Assembly: GCF_018350175.1 (NCBI RefSeq)
Contig: NC_058368.1
Coordinates: 15,192,001-15,256,000, forward strand
Origin: Felis catus
Lineage: Eukaryota
Direction: 5' to 3'
DNA: 64,000 nt
Part shown: one piece after another, positions 37,165 through 50,689 of the stretch
How the letters are laid out: the number at the start of each line of letters is the position of its first letter
Numbering within the stretch: the stretch's first letter is position 1
The notes under the pieces: model-generated
Databases searched by the model: none
The model's input: the letters and a program-made list of their open reading frames with translations, nothing else
Told to the model about the DNA's origin: nothing
Program-made: the position numbers and the translations under genes

Positions 37165-37315
37165 ATTTGTTAAAGTGCATACATATCCTCTGAATACTTG
37201 GAAAAATACAGATTCATCTTCAGTAGGTCTGGGGTGGGGCCTGACATTCCATATTTCTGGCAAATTCCCAGGGGATGCCAATGTTGCTGGCCCACAGATC
37301 AAATTTTGAGTAGCA
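37165..37315. mobile_element. MER5A-like fragment
   Basis: aaaatacagattc...cagtaggtctggggtggggcctga...caggggatgccaatgttgctggcccacagatcaaattttgagtagca. Confidence 0.75.
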
Positions 37316-38689
37316 CGGAACCAAATCATTTCAAACAGTCCTTATATCCCCTAGGATCTAGGAGAAGAGGAAATATCTAAAAATTATTAATGATTTCATT
37401 TATCCTGAAAGCAATAGACAATGAAAAAAATCTAGCTCATTTTATTTTTCATTTATTAGTTTTTCTGTGGAAGTATATGAAATGAAATAGAATTCATTTT
37501 CTTAGTGTCTGTGAACAAATCGGGTGTTGGACTGAATAGGCATTTCTCGCTCTCTTCGATCCCCAGTGGCACAGAGAAATGTTGAGCTGCTTCCTCTTGG
37601 TTCACCCCTTCTCAGAACTTTTCCCATCTAGTCTTCTCTGCCTCTGCCTGATTGTTTTTTTTTTTTTCCTATAAAGATTCAGGGTTTTTATTGACCGGAG
37701 ACAGATTATAGCAGGAATGTCCCAGTTGTTTTAGCTTGTGCAGTTGGCTGCATTCTTTGGAAATTAGCTTGGAATTAGATCACTGCTCAAAAGAGCCATA
37801 AAAATAATATCAGCATACAATATCTTATTCTAAATTATCAGCCCTGTCTGAATGCTGCAGCCTTGTTTGTATTTTTAACTTTTTATTTTGAAACCAACAG
37901 AAAAAGGTGCAAAAATAGTCGACTCATGCACCCTTCACCCAGCTTTCCTCAAGGATAACATCTTGCAAAACCATCTTATGTTATCAAAAACAGGAAATTT
38001 ACACTGGTACAGTAAACTACAAGTCTTAAGTTTGGATTTCACCAGTTTTTACATGCAATCTTTATTTGAAGAAGGCGAGTATACATGACTATGAAATTTA
38101 TAGATTCATGTAATCACCATCACAATCTGATTGTTAAAAGCTGGTGTCCCCCAGGATTCTGTCCCGAGCCCTAGTCAGCTTTCATTCTTCACACTGTCCC
38201 TGAACCTTGTCATTCATAATTGTGATGTTAACAGTCTTGTATTTGGGTAATTCCCAAATTGATAGCCCTACCTCTCTCTCTTGAGCTCTATTCCTAACCA
38301 TTTCATGGCCTATTTATGGACACCCACTGAATATTTTATCGGCGCTTCACACTTAGCATATCCAAAATTGAACCAGTATTCTTTCATTATTAAACTAAAT
38401 AGTCTGCATCTGTGGGAATAACACCCTGTAGCCTAAGCCAGAATACCCAGAGATGTATCCATCAGCCCCGTATTTCACCTTCACATAATAAAAACAGCTG
38501 ACACTCCTATGGCAGTTACCATGTGTCATACACTCAATGTAAATTAGCTCTTTTCATCCTGAGAACAATCCTAAGTACTGTCAGAAATGGCTCCAAGTTC
38601 CCTGAAGCCAAAACTTGGACAAGTTTTAGTGTCCTTTTTAAAATAAAAACCCAAAAACCAGAAAAAAAAAAAAACATCAGGAAATCTTG

Positions 38690-39030
38690 CCAGATGCTAC
38701 AACCTGGATGAACCTTGAAGGAAAACATCGTGCTAAGTGAACTGAGACAGTTACAAAAGGACAAATACTTACATGAGGTATTTGAAATAGTTAAACTCAT
38801 AGAAACAGACTAGAATGGTGGTTACCAGGGTCTGGCAGCAGAGGGAACTGAGGAGTTGCTAATCAGTGGGTATGAAGTTTCGATTATGCAAGACGAATAA
38901 ATTCTAGAGATGTGCCATGCAACGTAGGGCATAGTTAACAACGCTGCACTGTACACGTAAAGTTTGTAAGAGGATATACTTCATGTTACGTGTTCTCATC
39001 ACAAGAAAATAAAATTAAAAAAAGAAAATT
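38690..39030 (+). mobile_element. L1MA-type 3' end
   Basis: atgctacaacctggatgaaccttgaagg...agacagttacaaaaggacaaatact...atgttacgtgttctcatcacaa followed by an A tail. Confidence 0.8.
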
Positions 39031-40099
39031 ACAAATATCAAAATTAGTATCTACAAAAGTAAATACTTGGACTGACACAAGTGATGGATCCTGAACACTG
39101 ACCTTCATTAGTTTCATGACACATCTACCCTCAAAGCAGGTGCTATTCTTACTTCTTTTTTACAACAAGACAATAGAGGCACAGAAAGTTTGCAAATTTA
39201 ACTTGATCAGGGTCCTCCTGCCATGGAGGTCCCATGAGCCCATGGCCTCCTATATGATCTCTCAACTACTAAACACCCCTGCTTTGTCCATCCTCCACGC
39301 TGACCCCAGAGGCATCTGTGCAGGGACCATGTGTCTCTCCTGATCAGAAGCTGTGGTTAGTTCCTCATTACTTATGGAATAAGTGCTCAACTCTTTTGCA
39401 TGACTTCTGGGCTGTCTTCGGCACTTGATGCCGTGGGATGCTGAAGTGCCCATGGCTCTCCAACACTCCATACTTCCAACTCCTTTCCACATGTCCTTCC
39501 CACTGCTAAGACTGCTCCTTGCCCATCCCCTCTACACTCAATGTTCTTTATCATTTTTTCTAAATTAAAAATAGCATTATTAGTTAGTTTTAGCTTACAA
39601 GAGTAATATGTAGTTCAAATGAAAACAAATTATACCATACAAAAAAGCACAAAGAATTAAATGAAAACCACCAGGTCTGTAACTCCATTGTCTGGGGAGA
39701 ACCACTATTAACAATTTAGTGTATACAAACTTTCTGTTTTTCCTGCACGTCAGTGTGTGCGTGTGTGTGTGTGTTCTAATCTATAAAGTTGGGATATGTT
39801 ACTATGGTTTTTTTCTTCTATTTTTATCAGTCTACCACTCTCCCTCCAAATATTTTGTTGTTGGTATTTTAATGCACACCTCTGATTACTGGGGAAGCCA
39901 AGCATCTCTTTATGTGTTTCTTCTACTAAGAACTGCCTACAGACACCTACCCTTCTCTCTTGAGCTTATACTAACGATATTGGCTATGTATGTTACAATA
40001 TTTTTTTCAACTTTAACCTTAGTCCTTTGACTTTGTAATGATGTAATTTGGAGTGATGCGATTTCACATACTGTTGGTATGTTAGAATAACAACCATAT

Positions 40100-40630
40100 A
40101 TTTTTACCTCTGTAGCACCAGAATCCAGTACAATGCCTGCAACAGAATAGGTGGTCAACAAATATTTGTGGAATGAATGTGTGGACTAGAGATACATCAC
40201 CTCATTTTAGAGTGTCCAGTGTGTTGGGGATAAGGTCTCATCCTTTGATTTCCTTATCCCTTCTCACACAGAACCGACAGCCAAATCCTGTGAATTCTAC
40301 CTTCAGAATGTCTTTAAACATCCCACCTTTGCCCACTCTAGCTCAGACTATTGTCCTTCCTTACCTGGATTTCTGTTCTAGGCTCCTCTTTCTGGTCACT
40401 CTAACTCCATCTTTTCTCCATCTGCAACCATGGTTTTCTAAAATACAATCCCTTCACTTCACTCTCCTGCTTAAAATCCTTTAATGATTCCATACTTAGA
40501 AAGGGTCTGGAAGCCGCCATTGAATCTGGTTGGATTTCCCATCTCAGCCTCATCTCTCCTCCTTCCCTCTCTTTACATCTTCTATGCTCCAGCCACATTG
40601 CATTTTCGTTTGTTCCAGAACAGATTACGC
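40100..40630. mobile_element. L2-like fragments
   Basis: L2 3' end (agtacaatgcctg...aaatatttgtggaatgaatg) and body motifs (ctcctgcttaaaatcctttaatgattcc). Confidence 0.6.
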
Positions 40631-41779
40631 TTTCTATACTCTTTGCTTTCTAGATCTATCTCCAAGGCGGCAAGTGCTACGGAGACTTGTCCTTTCCCTC
40701 CACCAAAATTGTCACTCTACTATCACCATGCACCACCAGCAGTACCACCACTGCCACCCCTGCCTTGGGCACCTCCCTCTAAGCTTCTATACTTGCTCAT
40801 TACCTAATACTTCTCCCCCATTCCATTTTCCCGCCTGGATAGGAATTCTGGTTCAGCAATTTCAAAGAAACAGTCAAATATCTCAGGACCTATTATGTGC
40901 AAAGTACTGGCTCTATTTATGATCCTCAACTCAGTTTCCAGCTGAAATTTTGAGCACAGCTGAGGTCTGAAAATATATTAGTTATAAAAGTCTAAGAGCC
41001 TACATGAACTTTTTTGTGTGATTTCAAAATAGTGTAATTTGAGCTCCTCTTCGAACAGGGGATCTGAGAACAAATGGGGAGGTAGATGTCAGTGTTTTCT
41101 CAGCCTTGTTAGCTAAGCAGGCAAAGGAGAAGCAGAAATTCTGCTTCACTGGTGATACCTTCTCACTCACAGTGGGACGATATAGTCATCAACGTAGAGT
41201 TTTTCGTTCAAACATAATAGACACATATACAAAAATTATTTTGATTAAGCTTTAAAAAATAATACATTCTCTGAATAAGTGTGAATAATCATCTGCCTCA
41301 GCAAATTTACAGGCCCTAATTTATTTGTGCCTTCCCTATTCTTGCTGCAACATGCTTTAAGTCTGAATATCAGAAACAAGAAAAGGATTCAGTACATGTA
41401 TATTACTATTCGTAAACTCTAAAATGACCATGGCTATAAAATTAAAGAGCTTACTGCTTTTCTTTCAAGGAAATGACCACTTCAAGATATTTTAAACATG
41501 CCAACAAAAAATACTGTTTCTTTTGTCGCTTCCTATCGCTTCACTAGTTGCTGAGGATACAAGAATAAAAAACAAAAGCATGTCCTCTCCGTTCAATGGG
41601 CTTACATGAGCTCCCAAATAAAAACCAGTCTGGAAAGCTTTTGCAGAAGAAGGGCCATCAAAAACAAAACAGAGAAATTCAACTTTCAGTCATTTAGCAA
41701 TCACTGAAATACAATAGGACTTCCCCACAATCTCCATGATTCTCAGACAAGATATTTTTATTTCTCCTTTATTTTTTTT

Positions 41780-43250
41780 ATTTAAAAAATTTTTTTTAAT
41801 GTTTATTTATTTTTGAGACAGAGAAAGACAGAGCATGAACGGGGGAGGGTCAGAGAGAGGGAGACACAGAATCTGAAACAGGCTCCAGGCTCTGAGCTGT
41901 CAGCACAGAGCCCAACACGGGGCTCGAACTCACAGACTGCAAGATCACGACCTGAGCCGAAGTCGGACGCTTAACTGACTGAGCCACCCAGGCACCCCTC
42001 TCCTTACTTTAAAGAAATTGCCAATAGGAAGTTATTTCTAATATGTCATTTATATGCCTTTCCTAATAGAGTTGGCAAGCTAACGTGTTGGAACTTAGAC
42101 CATCTGGTCAACTTAATCAGTTGGCCACTGAGTGTCAAATTCAATAGAGAAATCAAGCTGTCTATATATTTAGGTGTTGGTTTTATATTCTCCAGGCAAT
42201 TTTTACTAAAGCAAAATTTTCAAACCCTAATGTAGTATACCATAAGTTTCTTGAGCATAAATATAATATTAAAATAAATTGCAGAGTTTTTTCTTTAAAT
42301 ACTTCCATTTTTCTCTAAACTAAATCAGCTATTGATTTGCTACCAAGGTCATTTGACTCCCATCTTTTTTTCTCCCAAGTGTTAACATCTTGTCCACATC
42401 ACTATTTATTCAGACTTTAAATAGCAAAAGGGGCGCCTGGGTGGCTCAGTCGGTTGAGCGTCTGACTTCCACTCAGGTCATGATCTCACTGCTCTTGAGT
42501 TCGAGCCCTGGATCGGGCTCTGTGCTGACAGCCGGAGCCTGGAGCCTGTTTCAGATTCTGTGTCTCCCTCTCTCTCTGCCTCTCCCCTGCTCACACTCTG
42601 CCTCTCTCTCTCTCTCAAAAATAAATAAACACTAAAGAAAAAAAAATTAAAAAAAAATAGCAAGAGGCTCAGACAGAATGAAAAAGCATATTAATTCATT
42701 TTGTCACTTAAAAGCTATTGCAGAAGCTGTAGTAGGAAAAAAAAAAGAATTAGGCGTGTTGCAATGGAGAGTTTATCTGATGTTTTAGTTTTATACTCCT
42801 CAGGATAATTGGCATCGTAGTATTAGCAGACACCTTCAATGATATAACATATAACAATTTGTCTCCAAATCCTGGTGTGATTTCACCATTGCTTTTTGGG
42901 TTACCTCTGAGTTTTCGTTTTCATGTGGAAGTACAACTTATCCCAGCTGTGAAGAGTGCCTGGACTCTGGTTTGGAGTGTTTTCCAACCCAGACACACTA
43001 GCCTCTTAGAAAATAATCTTTGGGGGCGCCTGGGTGGCGCAGTCGGTTAAGCGTCCGACTTCAGCCAGGTCACGATCTTGCGCTCCGTGAGTTCGAGCCC
43101 CGAGTCAGGCTCTGGGCTGATGGCTCAGAGCCTGGAGCCTGTTTCGGATTCTGTGTCTCCCTCTCTCTCTGCCCCTCCCCCATTCATGCTCTGTCTCTCT
43201 CTGTCCCAAAAATAAATAAAAACGTTGAAAGAAAAAAAAAATTTTTAAAA
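41780..43250. mobile_element. CanSINEs: 41780-41997(-), 42429-42655(+), 43022-43250(+, young Fc type, TSD agaaaataatctttg)
   Basis: Consensus sequence and TSDs. Confidence 0.9.
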
Positions 43251-44525
43251 AAAGAAAATAATCTTTGCCCAACCTGGGTTGCCATGCTTGACTTCAGGGT
43301 GACCCGAACATGATTTTGTGTCATGTTTACTCCTAAAAGTAAAGCAAAAACCAACGGATTCAACTCCCAGGAATTATCCCTCTCCTCTGACAAATGGGAA
43401 AAATTCCCTATGCTGTCCACTGCCAATTTCCCTCATTCCTCTTTCACGTTCACTCAGTGATTCGCCAGATATTCACGGAGCCCTTGTTGTGTGCAAGGCA
43501 GCCAACTCAGCACTGCAGGAAGAACTGACACGTGGAACCAGGTCTGACTCTCCATCCCCTTGCCTTCTGAGGATGTTAAGGCATGGTAGAGGACGGCGCA
43601 GACAACCAGCCCTTAAAAAACAAAGTGCTCCCTTGAATACCTTCTGGAAGAAGGAGTGATATAGTGCATAAGTAAATAATAGTGATTAGTAATTATAATA
43701 ATGTTTGTTCCTTTACTCACTCACGAGCAATCTTTCCTGGGCAAGTCACTTACGATTTCCTTCTAGAATTGAAGAATGCATTCGCAGAAGGAAGGTGGGG
43801 CTGTTGCTGGTGCTGTGCCTGGCGTGGGGGCAGGAAGAAGCAGGGCGTGAAAAGAGTCTTTCATTCCTCTGGCAAAGGCAGCCTTGCAGCTGGGGTCATG
43901 GTCTGCTCTGCTGAGCCTCGGCCTCCTGAGAGAGAGTCTGTGTTCCTCTCATGATAGGAGTCTAAGCCACCAGCCTCTGGCAGCAGCCAGGAGACGGGGA
44001 AGACAGTTAAATGACCCATTTACTTTTATCAAACGGGGGCAAACATTTTATTTTCCCTCCAAATCAAGAATATCTACTCAATTTAGACTTTTATCTGTAA
44101 TGCGTCTACCTTAGGACCGGTATGGTGAATTTCTGTTTAATCTGGGCATGTCAGTATTACCCCATCAGTCTCCTCATCTGTAAAATGAGAAGGGAGTAAC
44201 AGATGTTCCTAAGGTTTCTTCCAAGTGAAACAAATACGATTTTTAAATCAAGAAAATTTCAAGTGGCTCACACTTGACTGTTAAGGAAAAGAGTATTTAA
44301 AAAAAAAAAAAAAACTATTTGCCTAGTTTTCTGTTGGCCTTTTTCTATCATTTTAATTACTTCTTGTAATTTATTGACTCCACTTTGTGTTTATTATTCC
44401 GTCACTAACATCCCTGGAATAAAACGAGCAAAAATGTAAAGGTTTATAGTCTAATGCAAAATTTTAAACACAAACACACACCCCATGACGCAGCACGGAG
44501 ATGAAAGCCCAACCGAAACAAAACT

Positions 44526-44664
44526 CAGTGCTTCCCAAACTTTAGCAGGCATTAGAATCACCTACTGAATTTGGTAGGTAAAGCAGACCCAGGGGTTAAT
44601 GTTTTTAAAAAGTTCCAAGTGATACTGATGCTGCTGGTCCAGGACCACACTTTGAAAACTACTG
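44526..44664. mobile_element. MER5A-like element with terminal inverted repeats
   Basis: cagtgcttcccaaacttt ... acactttgaaaactactg. Confidence 0.75.
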
Positions 44665-45298
44665 TATTTTTTTAGCAGAATTCCTATGAATTTAGCAGAC
44701 CTATCCCCAGCTTCTGTTCTCTTCAAATCCTTAAAGTCATCATGTGCCTCAGGCAACTGTTGCTCCTTTGTAAGGCTTGTGTCAGCAAGTCCTGAGGATA
44801 ATGGTGTTTTTCTTCTTGTGGAAGCACTTTCCGCCTATTCCTAATCGATTGCGATTGCCTATTGATTTCTCTGTTCATTTGACTATTTCCTGTATTTGTT
44901 CATTTGACTATTTCCACTGTAAAACTTGCATTTTAATACATAGCATGACATTGTCCTTTGTTTTATTTTTGCAGCAGATTAACAACTACCTCTAGCGCAT
45001 ATCCCTCCTTAATCCTTCGGCCACTGTGGTCCAAAACTCTGCCAAAAGTTTGGTGCTGCCCAGAACACAAAATAAACGCATGAATGAGAGGCCACTCAAG
45101 TCAGGGTAGTGAGGCAGAATGTTTGCAGCGCACTTAGCTCACGTGCTTAGGGATGCGGTGTCGTGTCTGTTCTACCAAGTTTCCATCTTTGCTTTAAGCA
45201 GGATATGAGCTTAAGATTGTGGAAGGATTCTGTTTGTAACTTTTATTTTGTGGTATCTGTGGATAGATAGTCCTTAGTAACATAGAAATAGCTTCATA

Positions 45299-45510
45299 GG
45301 GATGCCTGGGTGGCTCAGTTGGTTAAGTGTCCAACTTCAGCTCAGGTCATGATCTCGTGGTTTGTGGGTTCAAGCCCTGTGTTGGGCTCTGTGCTGACAG
45401 CTCAGAGCCTGGAGCCTGCTTCAGATTCTGTGTCTCCCTCTCTCTCTGCCCCTTCCCTGTTTGTGTTCTATCTGCCTCTCTCTCTCTCTCACAAAAATAA
45501 GTAAACATGA

Positions 45511-45561
<51 letters not shown>
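45299..45561 (+). mobile_element. CanSINE with (GAAA)n tail
   Basis: Consensus SINE followed by GAAA repeats at ~45510-45561. Confidence 0.9.
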
Positions 45562-45562
<1 letters not shown>

Positions 45563-46492
45563 GCTTTATACTCCCAACTACAGGAAATGCTTGTCAATTA
45601 ATGCTTCTTTATAATCAATGTGTTCACAGGTCCCTGTCTTCTAAGAAGGGTCTAAAGAATAAGTTACTCTAGAAGTTTGTGGTATAGCAATAAAGAGGAA
45701 GAAAGTATATCATATTTAATATGAAATAAAAACCATAAGTTTTTAAAGGTATTTATATGACTTAATTTCTTAAAAGGCTGATACCTTACTCTAGAGGTAT
45801 AGGTACATACCCTACTCTCTTTTCATCTGCCAATATGAGAAATCAAGACTGACATCTTGTTAGAGTGCCAGCATTTACACAATACATAATTCTAGAGACT
45901 TATTTAGCAGCCCTCTTTATTTTTTTTTAAAGTAAACTGTACCCCCAACATGGGGTTCAAACTCACAACCCCAAAATCAAGAGTTGCATGCTCTACCAAC
46001 TGAGTCAACAAGGTACCTCATTAGTGGCCCTCTTTCAAGATGATAAAGCCAGGTCCACTCCTCACTTACCTGCCCCTCCTCCCCACTTCTCTTTATTGCC
46101 TATAAAGAGAGTCTTGGCATTTGGCAGCAAGAGGAGTGAGTCTGGAGAAGGCCAGTGGGGGCGGATGAAGCTGAGAACTGTTGTTGGTGGTGAGTGCCTG
46201 GGGTCGAGTAATTTCACCCAGTGCTAAGCAGATCCAAGCTTTACTTGCAGATAACCTTGCCAAAGCCAGTCACTCATCCCAGCCCTTCCAAATTCTGCCT
46301 ACCCAATGGCCCTCCCAGGTACTAAGGCATTTCCTTTCCATTCATGCTTGTTATGACATATTTTAAAACTTACATGTATATTTTTAGCATGTGGTGTGTG
46401 TGTATGTGTGTGTGTAAGGGTAAGAATAAGGGTTACAATGCTTTGGGCCTCACTATCCTAGCCATTGCCCTCCATCTCAAGAATTCCAACTC

Positions 46493-46895
46493 CTTTTTTT
46501 TTTAATTTAAATCCAACGTAGTTAACATATAGTGTAGTAATGATTTCAGGAACAGAATTCAGTGATTCATCACTTACCTACAATAACCAGTGCTCATCCC
46601 AACAAGTGCCCTCCTTAATGCCCATCACCCATTCTGTCCAGCCCCACCCAACACCCCTCCAGCAATCCTGTTTGTTTTCTGTATTTAAGAGTCTCTTATG
46701 GTTTATCTCCCTCTCTGTTTTCATATTATTTTTGCTTCCCTTCCCTTATGTTCATGTTTCTTAAATTCCACACACGTGTGAAATCCTATGTTTGTCTTTC
46801 TCTGACTTACTTCACTTAGCATAATACACTCCAGTTCCATCCACGTTGTTGCAAATGGCAAGATTTCATTCTTTTTTGACTGCTGAGTAATATTC

Positions 46896-46940
<45 letters not shown>

Positions 46941-47345
46941 TGTGTCTGTGTGTGTGTATACCACATCTTCTTTATCCATTCATCAGTTGATGGACATTTG
47001 GGCCCTTTCCATAATTTGGCTATTGTCGATAGTGCTGCTATAAACATTGGGTGCAGATATCCCTTCAAATCAGCATTTTTGGATCCTTTGGAAAAATACC
47101 TGGTAGTGCAATCGCTGGATTGTAGGGTAGTTCTATTTTTAGTCTTTTGAGGAACCTCCACACTGTTTTCCAGAGTGGCTGCACCAGTTTGCATTCCCAC
47201 CAAGAGTGCAAGGGTTCCCCTTTCTCCACATCTTCGCCAACATCTGTTGTTTCCTGAGCTGTTCATTTTAACCATTGTGACAGGTGTGAGGTGGTATTTC
47301 ATTGTGGTTTTGGTTTTTATTTCCCTGATGATGAGTGATGTTGAG
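46493..47345 (-). mobile_element. 5'-truncated carnivore L1 with internal (TG)n at ~46898-46957
   Basis: ORF2 C-terminal peptides (MFIAALSTIAKLWKGPKCPSTDEWIKKMW); degenerate TSD aagaattc..aact.ctttt. Confidence 0.92.
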
Positions 47346-47596
47346 AAGAATTCAAAACTTCTTTTCACCAAATGCTTCTGAATTAGAACTTTCTACCAAA
47401 TTTAATCTATGCAATAGAACCTAAAGTTTCCCTTTGTTTTTATTTTTAGGTTTGTTTTTTTGTTTATGTAATCTCTGCACCCAACATGGGACTTGAACTC
47501 ATGATCCCGAGATCAAGAGGCACATGCTCTTCTGAAAGAGCCAGCCAAGTGCCCCTCAAGCTTCCCTTTCAAAAGGCTTAAATACATCAAATACTT

Positions 47597-48097
47597 AATT
47601 TAAAAAACTTTTTTTTTTACATTTATTCATTTTAGAGAGACAGAGTGTGAGCAGGGGAGGGGCAGAGAGAGAGGGAGACACAGAATCCAAAGCAGGCTCC
47701 AGACTCTGAGTTGTCAGCACAGAGCCTGATGCGGGGCTCAAACTCTTGGGCTCTGAGATCATGACCTGAGCTGGAGTCGGACACTTAACTGACTGAGCCA
47801 CCCAGGTGCCCCTCAAATACTTAATTTTTGAAAGCTACTCACTCAATGACATTTTTGACACTTCACATTTCCAGAAACAGCTATCATATTTTTTTTAACG
47901 TTTATTTATTTTTGACACAGGGAGAGACAAAGCATGAACAGGGGAGGGTCAGAGAGAGGGAGACACAGAATCTGAAACAGGCTGCAGGCTCTGAGCCGTC
48001 AGCACAGAGCCCGACGCGGGGCTAGAACTCACAGACCGCGAGATCATGACCTGAGCCAAAGTCGGCCGCTTAACCGACTGAGCCATCCAGGCCGCCC
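47597..48097 (-). mobile_element. Two CanSINEs (~47597-47812, ~47888-48097)
   Basis: Reverse-complement consensus; TSDs tcaaatacttaattt and ctatcatatttt. Confidence 0.9.
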
Positions 48098-48983
48098 CTA
48101 TCATATTTTACTAAAGAGATTCTAAAGTCACACAAAACTTATTCAACACATTGCCCTGACTCTAGTGGCTGTGTTGTGAATTATTACTGTGAGCAGAAGC
48201 TATAGTATTACTCCATGATGTTTATCAGTATAGATTAGTGGTGACCTAAGCATTTCTTTTTCTAGATGTCTTATATTTTTTAGTCTTTAATTAGGCTGAG
48301 GTACTGGAGTGGCCAATCCTTTTTTAATTGTGAATATTCTCATTTCTACTGCTATTTATAATACAAAGATAGATACTTCCTAATTATTTACTCTGGCCAG
48401 GGGAATAACTTATTTACAGAGCTGGTAATGTTTTATGACTCTTGTGAACAGGTCTGCATCATGGTTTTTCTGTTGTTCTAAATTTTGCTTTCCATTTAAT
48501 TGTAACCCTGAGCTAATAGATATTGCTTTTAGCATTTCATTAGGTATTCATGTCAAGAAGGTAACAACAGATTTTCTTTCTGAACTCTGAAAACAGAAGT
48601 TCTCTGAGGAGCCTCTAAGAATTGAATCCCTTCAAGGCTGAAACTCCTGGTTCTCATCAGCTTGTTAAATCTAGATTAGAGTTTTTGTGATTTGTGATGT
48701 AGTTGTATACACTAACTGTGGAGTTGCTGAGACAATAAACATTACCAGTTGCCCCTCCCCAACCCTGCCCCCCGATATGCCTGCCAGAGGGGCCAGGGGA
48801 AGTGTCTGGGGAAAAGAACAGCTGTTAAATCCTCGCCTTGCCTTTTTGCTTCTCACAAAAACAAAAACAAAACCAAAAAAAAAAAAAAACATTCTCCAGA
48901 AGATTGCCTTCCCCTCAAAGATTAAGTGAATCCCATCACCAGCAAGCTCAGATATACTCAGTTTTCTAGAGAGAGGAAACTTA

Positions 48984-49571
48984 TTTTTTTTATATGAAAT
49001 TTATTGTCAAATTGGTTTCCATACAACCCCCAATGCTCATCCCAACAGGTGCCCTCCTCAATGCCCATCCCCCACTTTCCCCTCCTTCCCATCCCCCATC
49101 AACCCGCAGTTTATTCTCAGTTTTTAAGAGTCTCTTATGATTTGGCTCCCTCCCTCTCTCTCTTTTTTTCCTTCTCCTCCCCCATGGTCTTCTGTTAAGT
49201 TTCTCAGGATCCACATAAGAGTGAAAACATATGGTATCTGTCTTTCTCTGTATGACTTATTTCACTTAGCATCACACTCTCCAGTTCCATCCATGTTACT
49301 ACAAAAGGCCATATTTCATTCTTTCTCATTGCCATGTAGTATTCCACTGTGTATATAAACCACAATTTCTTTATCCATTCATCAGTTGATGGACATTTAG
49401 ACTCTTTCCATAACGTGGCTATTGTTGAAAGTGCTGCTATAAACATTGGAGTACAAGTGCCCCTATGCATCAGCCCTCCTGTATCCCTTGGGTAAATTCC
49501 TAGCAGTGCTATTGCTGGGTCATAGGGTAGGTCTATTTTTAATTTTTTGAGGAACCTCCACACTGTTTTAC
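48984..49571 (-). mobile_element. 5'-truncated felid L1 3' end with a 16-bp TSD (1 mismatch)
   Basis: Open ORF2 C-terminus WRFLKKLKIDLPYDPAIALLGIYP...HMFSLLCGS; TSD agagagagga(a/t)actta at 48968-48983 and 49572-49587. Confidence 0.93.
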
Positions 49572-50689
49572 AGAGAGAGGATACTTAATGACCAACATAC
49601 CTCAACCAGCCGGAGCCCCTGGTACATAAGACTAGGGTAAGAACTTAGTACTATCTTTTGAAAGGTAATCAGATCAATGGAAACCAGAACATTCTTTCCA
49701 AATAGGAAAATGTTATTAGTCGTGAAAATGATTTCATCCATCATACTATAATCTCAAGTCTATGAATAAATACGTGATCATAATAATAATGATGATGATG
49801 ATGGCTTAATTCTTATCTATCTAGGGATCCATATTGCTTATTTGCAGAGTAAAGTCACATTCCAAAGGCAGAATTCAGCAACCATAAATTCTACAGTGTT
49901 TACATTCTTTATTCACTGAAGAACATTAGAGGGATAGAAGTCATAACCTGGGGCAACACCTTCTGAAAGCCCTTCTCCACTCTCTGATTTTCCTGTATGT
50001 TCCAGGATCTCTCCTGTGTCAGTGCTCTAAAACTGTCCCTCCAGGTTCTAACACTGAACTCTTCCTCTGTGGTAGATAGAGGTAGAGGTAGGTAGAACTC
50101 TTCCTCTGTGCTCTTACTGTGGTAGATACCTGGGCTTCTATTCCAGGAATTAAAAACACACCCTCTTTAAGTGGAAGAGAAATGAAGACAACTGGATAGG
50201 CATTGTGTTAACCGTATTACTGGACCAGGTTTTGGAAGTGGAGGACCAGGAAAGGCATCCTACTTAATAACTTTTGCTGCAACACAGAAGCTGTCCTTCA
50301 TTATGCTACTACCACAACGTGATCACATATTAGATGCAATATTTGTGTCTTGTCATTGAATTCTTACTAGCCTCATTATAAAGGAGAGACATCTGAGCTT
50401 CAGAGAGATTAACATTCCCATGGGCACATTGCCTAAATGTGGAAAAGTCAGGTTCTGAATTCAAATCTTTCTTCCTCCAGAATCTACATGTCTGCCATGT
50501 GTCATATGCCTATTATCCTAAAGAGTTAATTCAAGGGAAACAAATAGGCCATTTGTACACACCATTTAGCTTAGATACTGGCCAAAGCATCAAGGCACAC
50601 ACACAAAACATGAACATGATGAAGTAAATTATTAACCATCAACGTAACAGACTTATGTGGCCATTGAAGTATTATAAATTAAAAAAAAA

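Noticed and set aside
46721..47371. 216-aa ORF and other L1-like peptides
   Set aside because: Frameshifted, truncated L1 ORF2 remnants; there is no intact ORF1 or ORF2 in the window.
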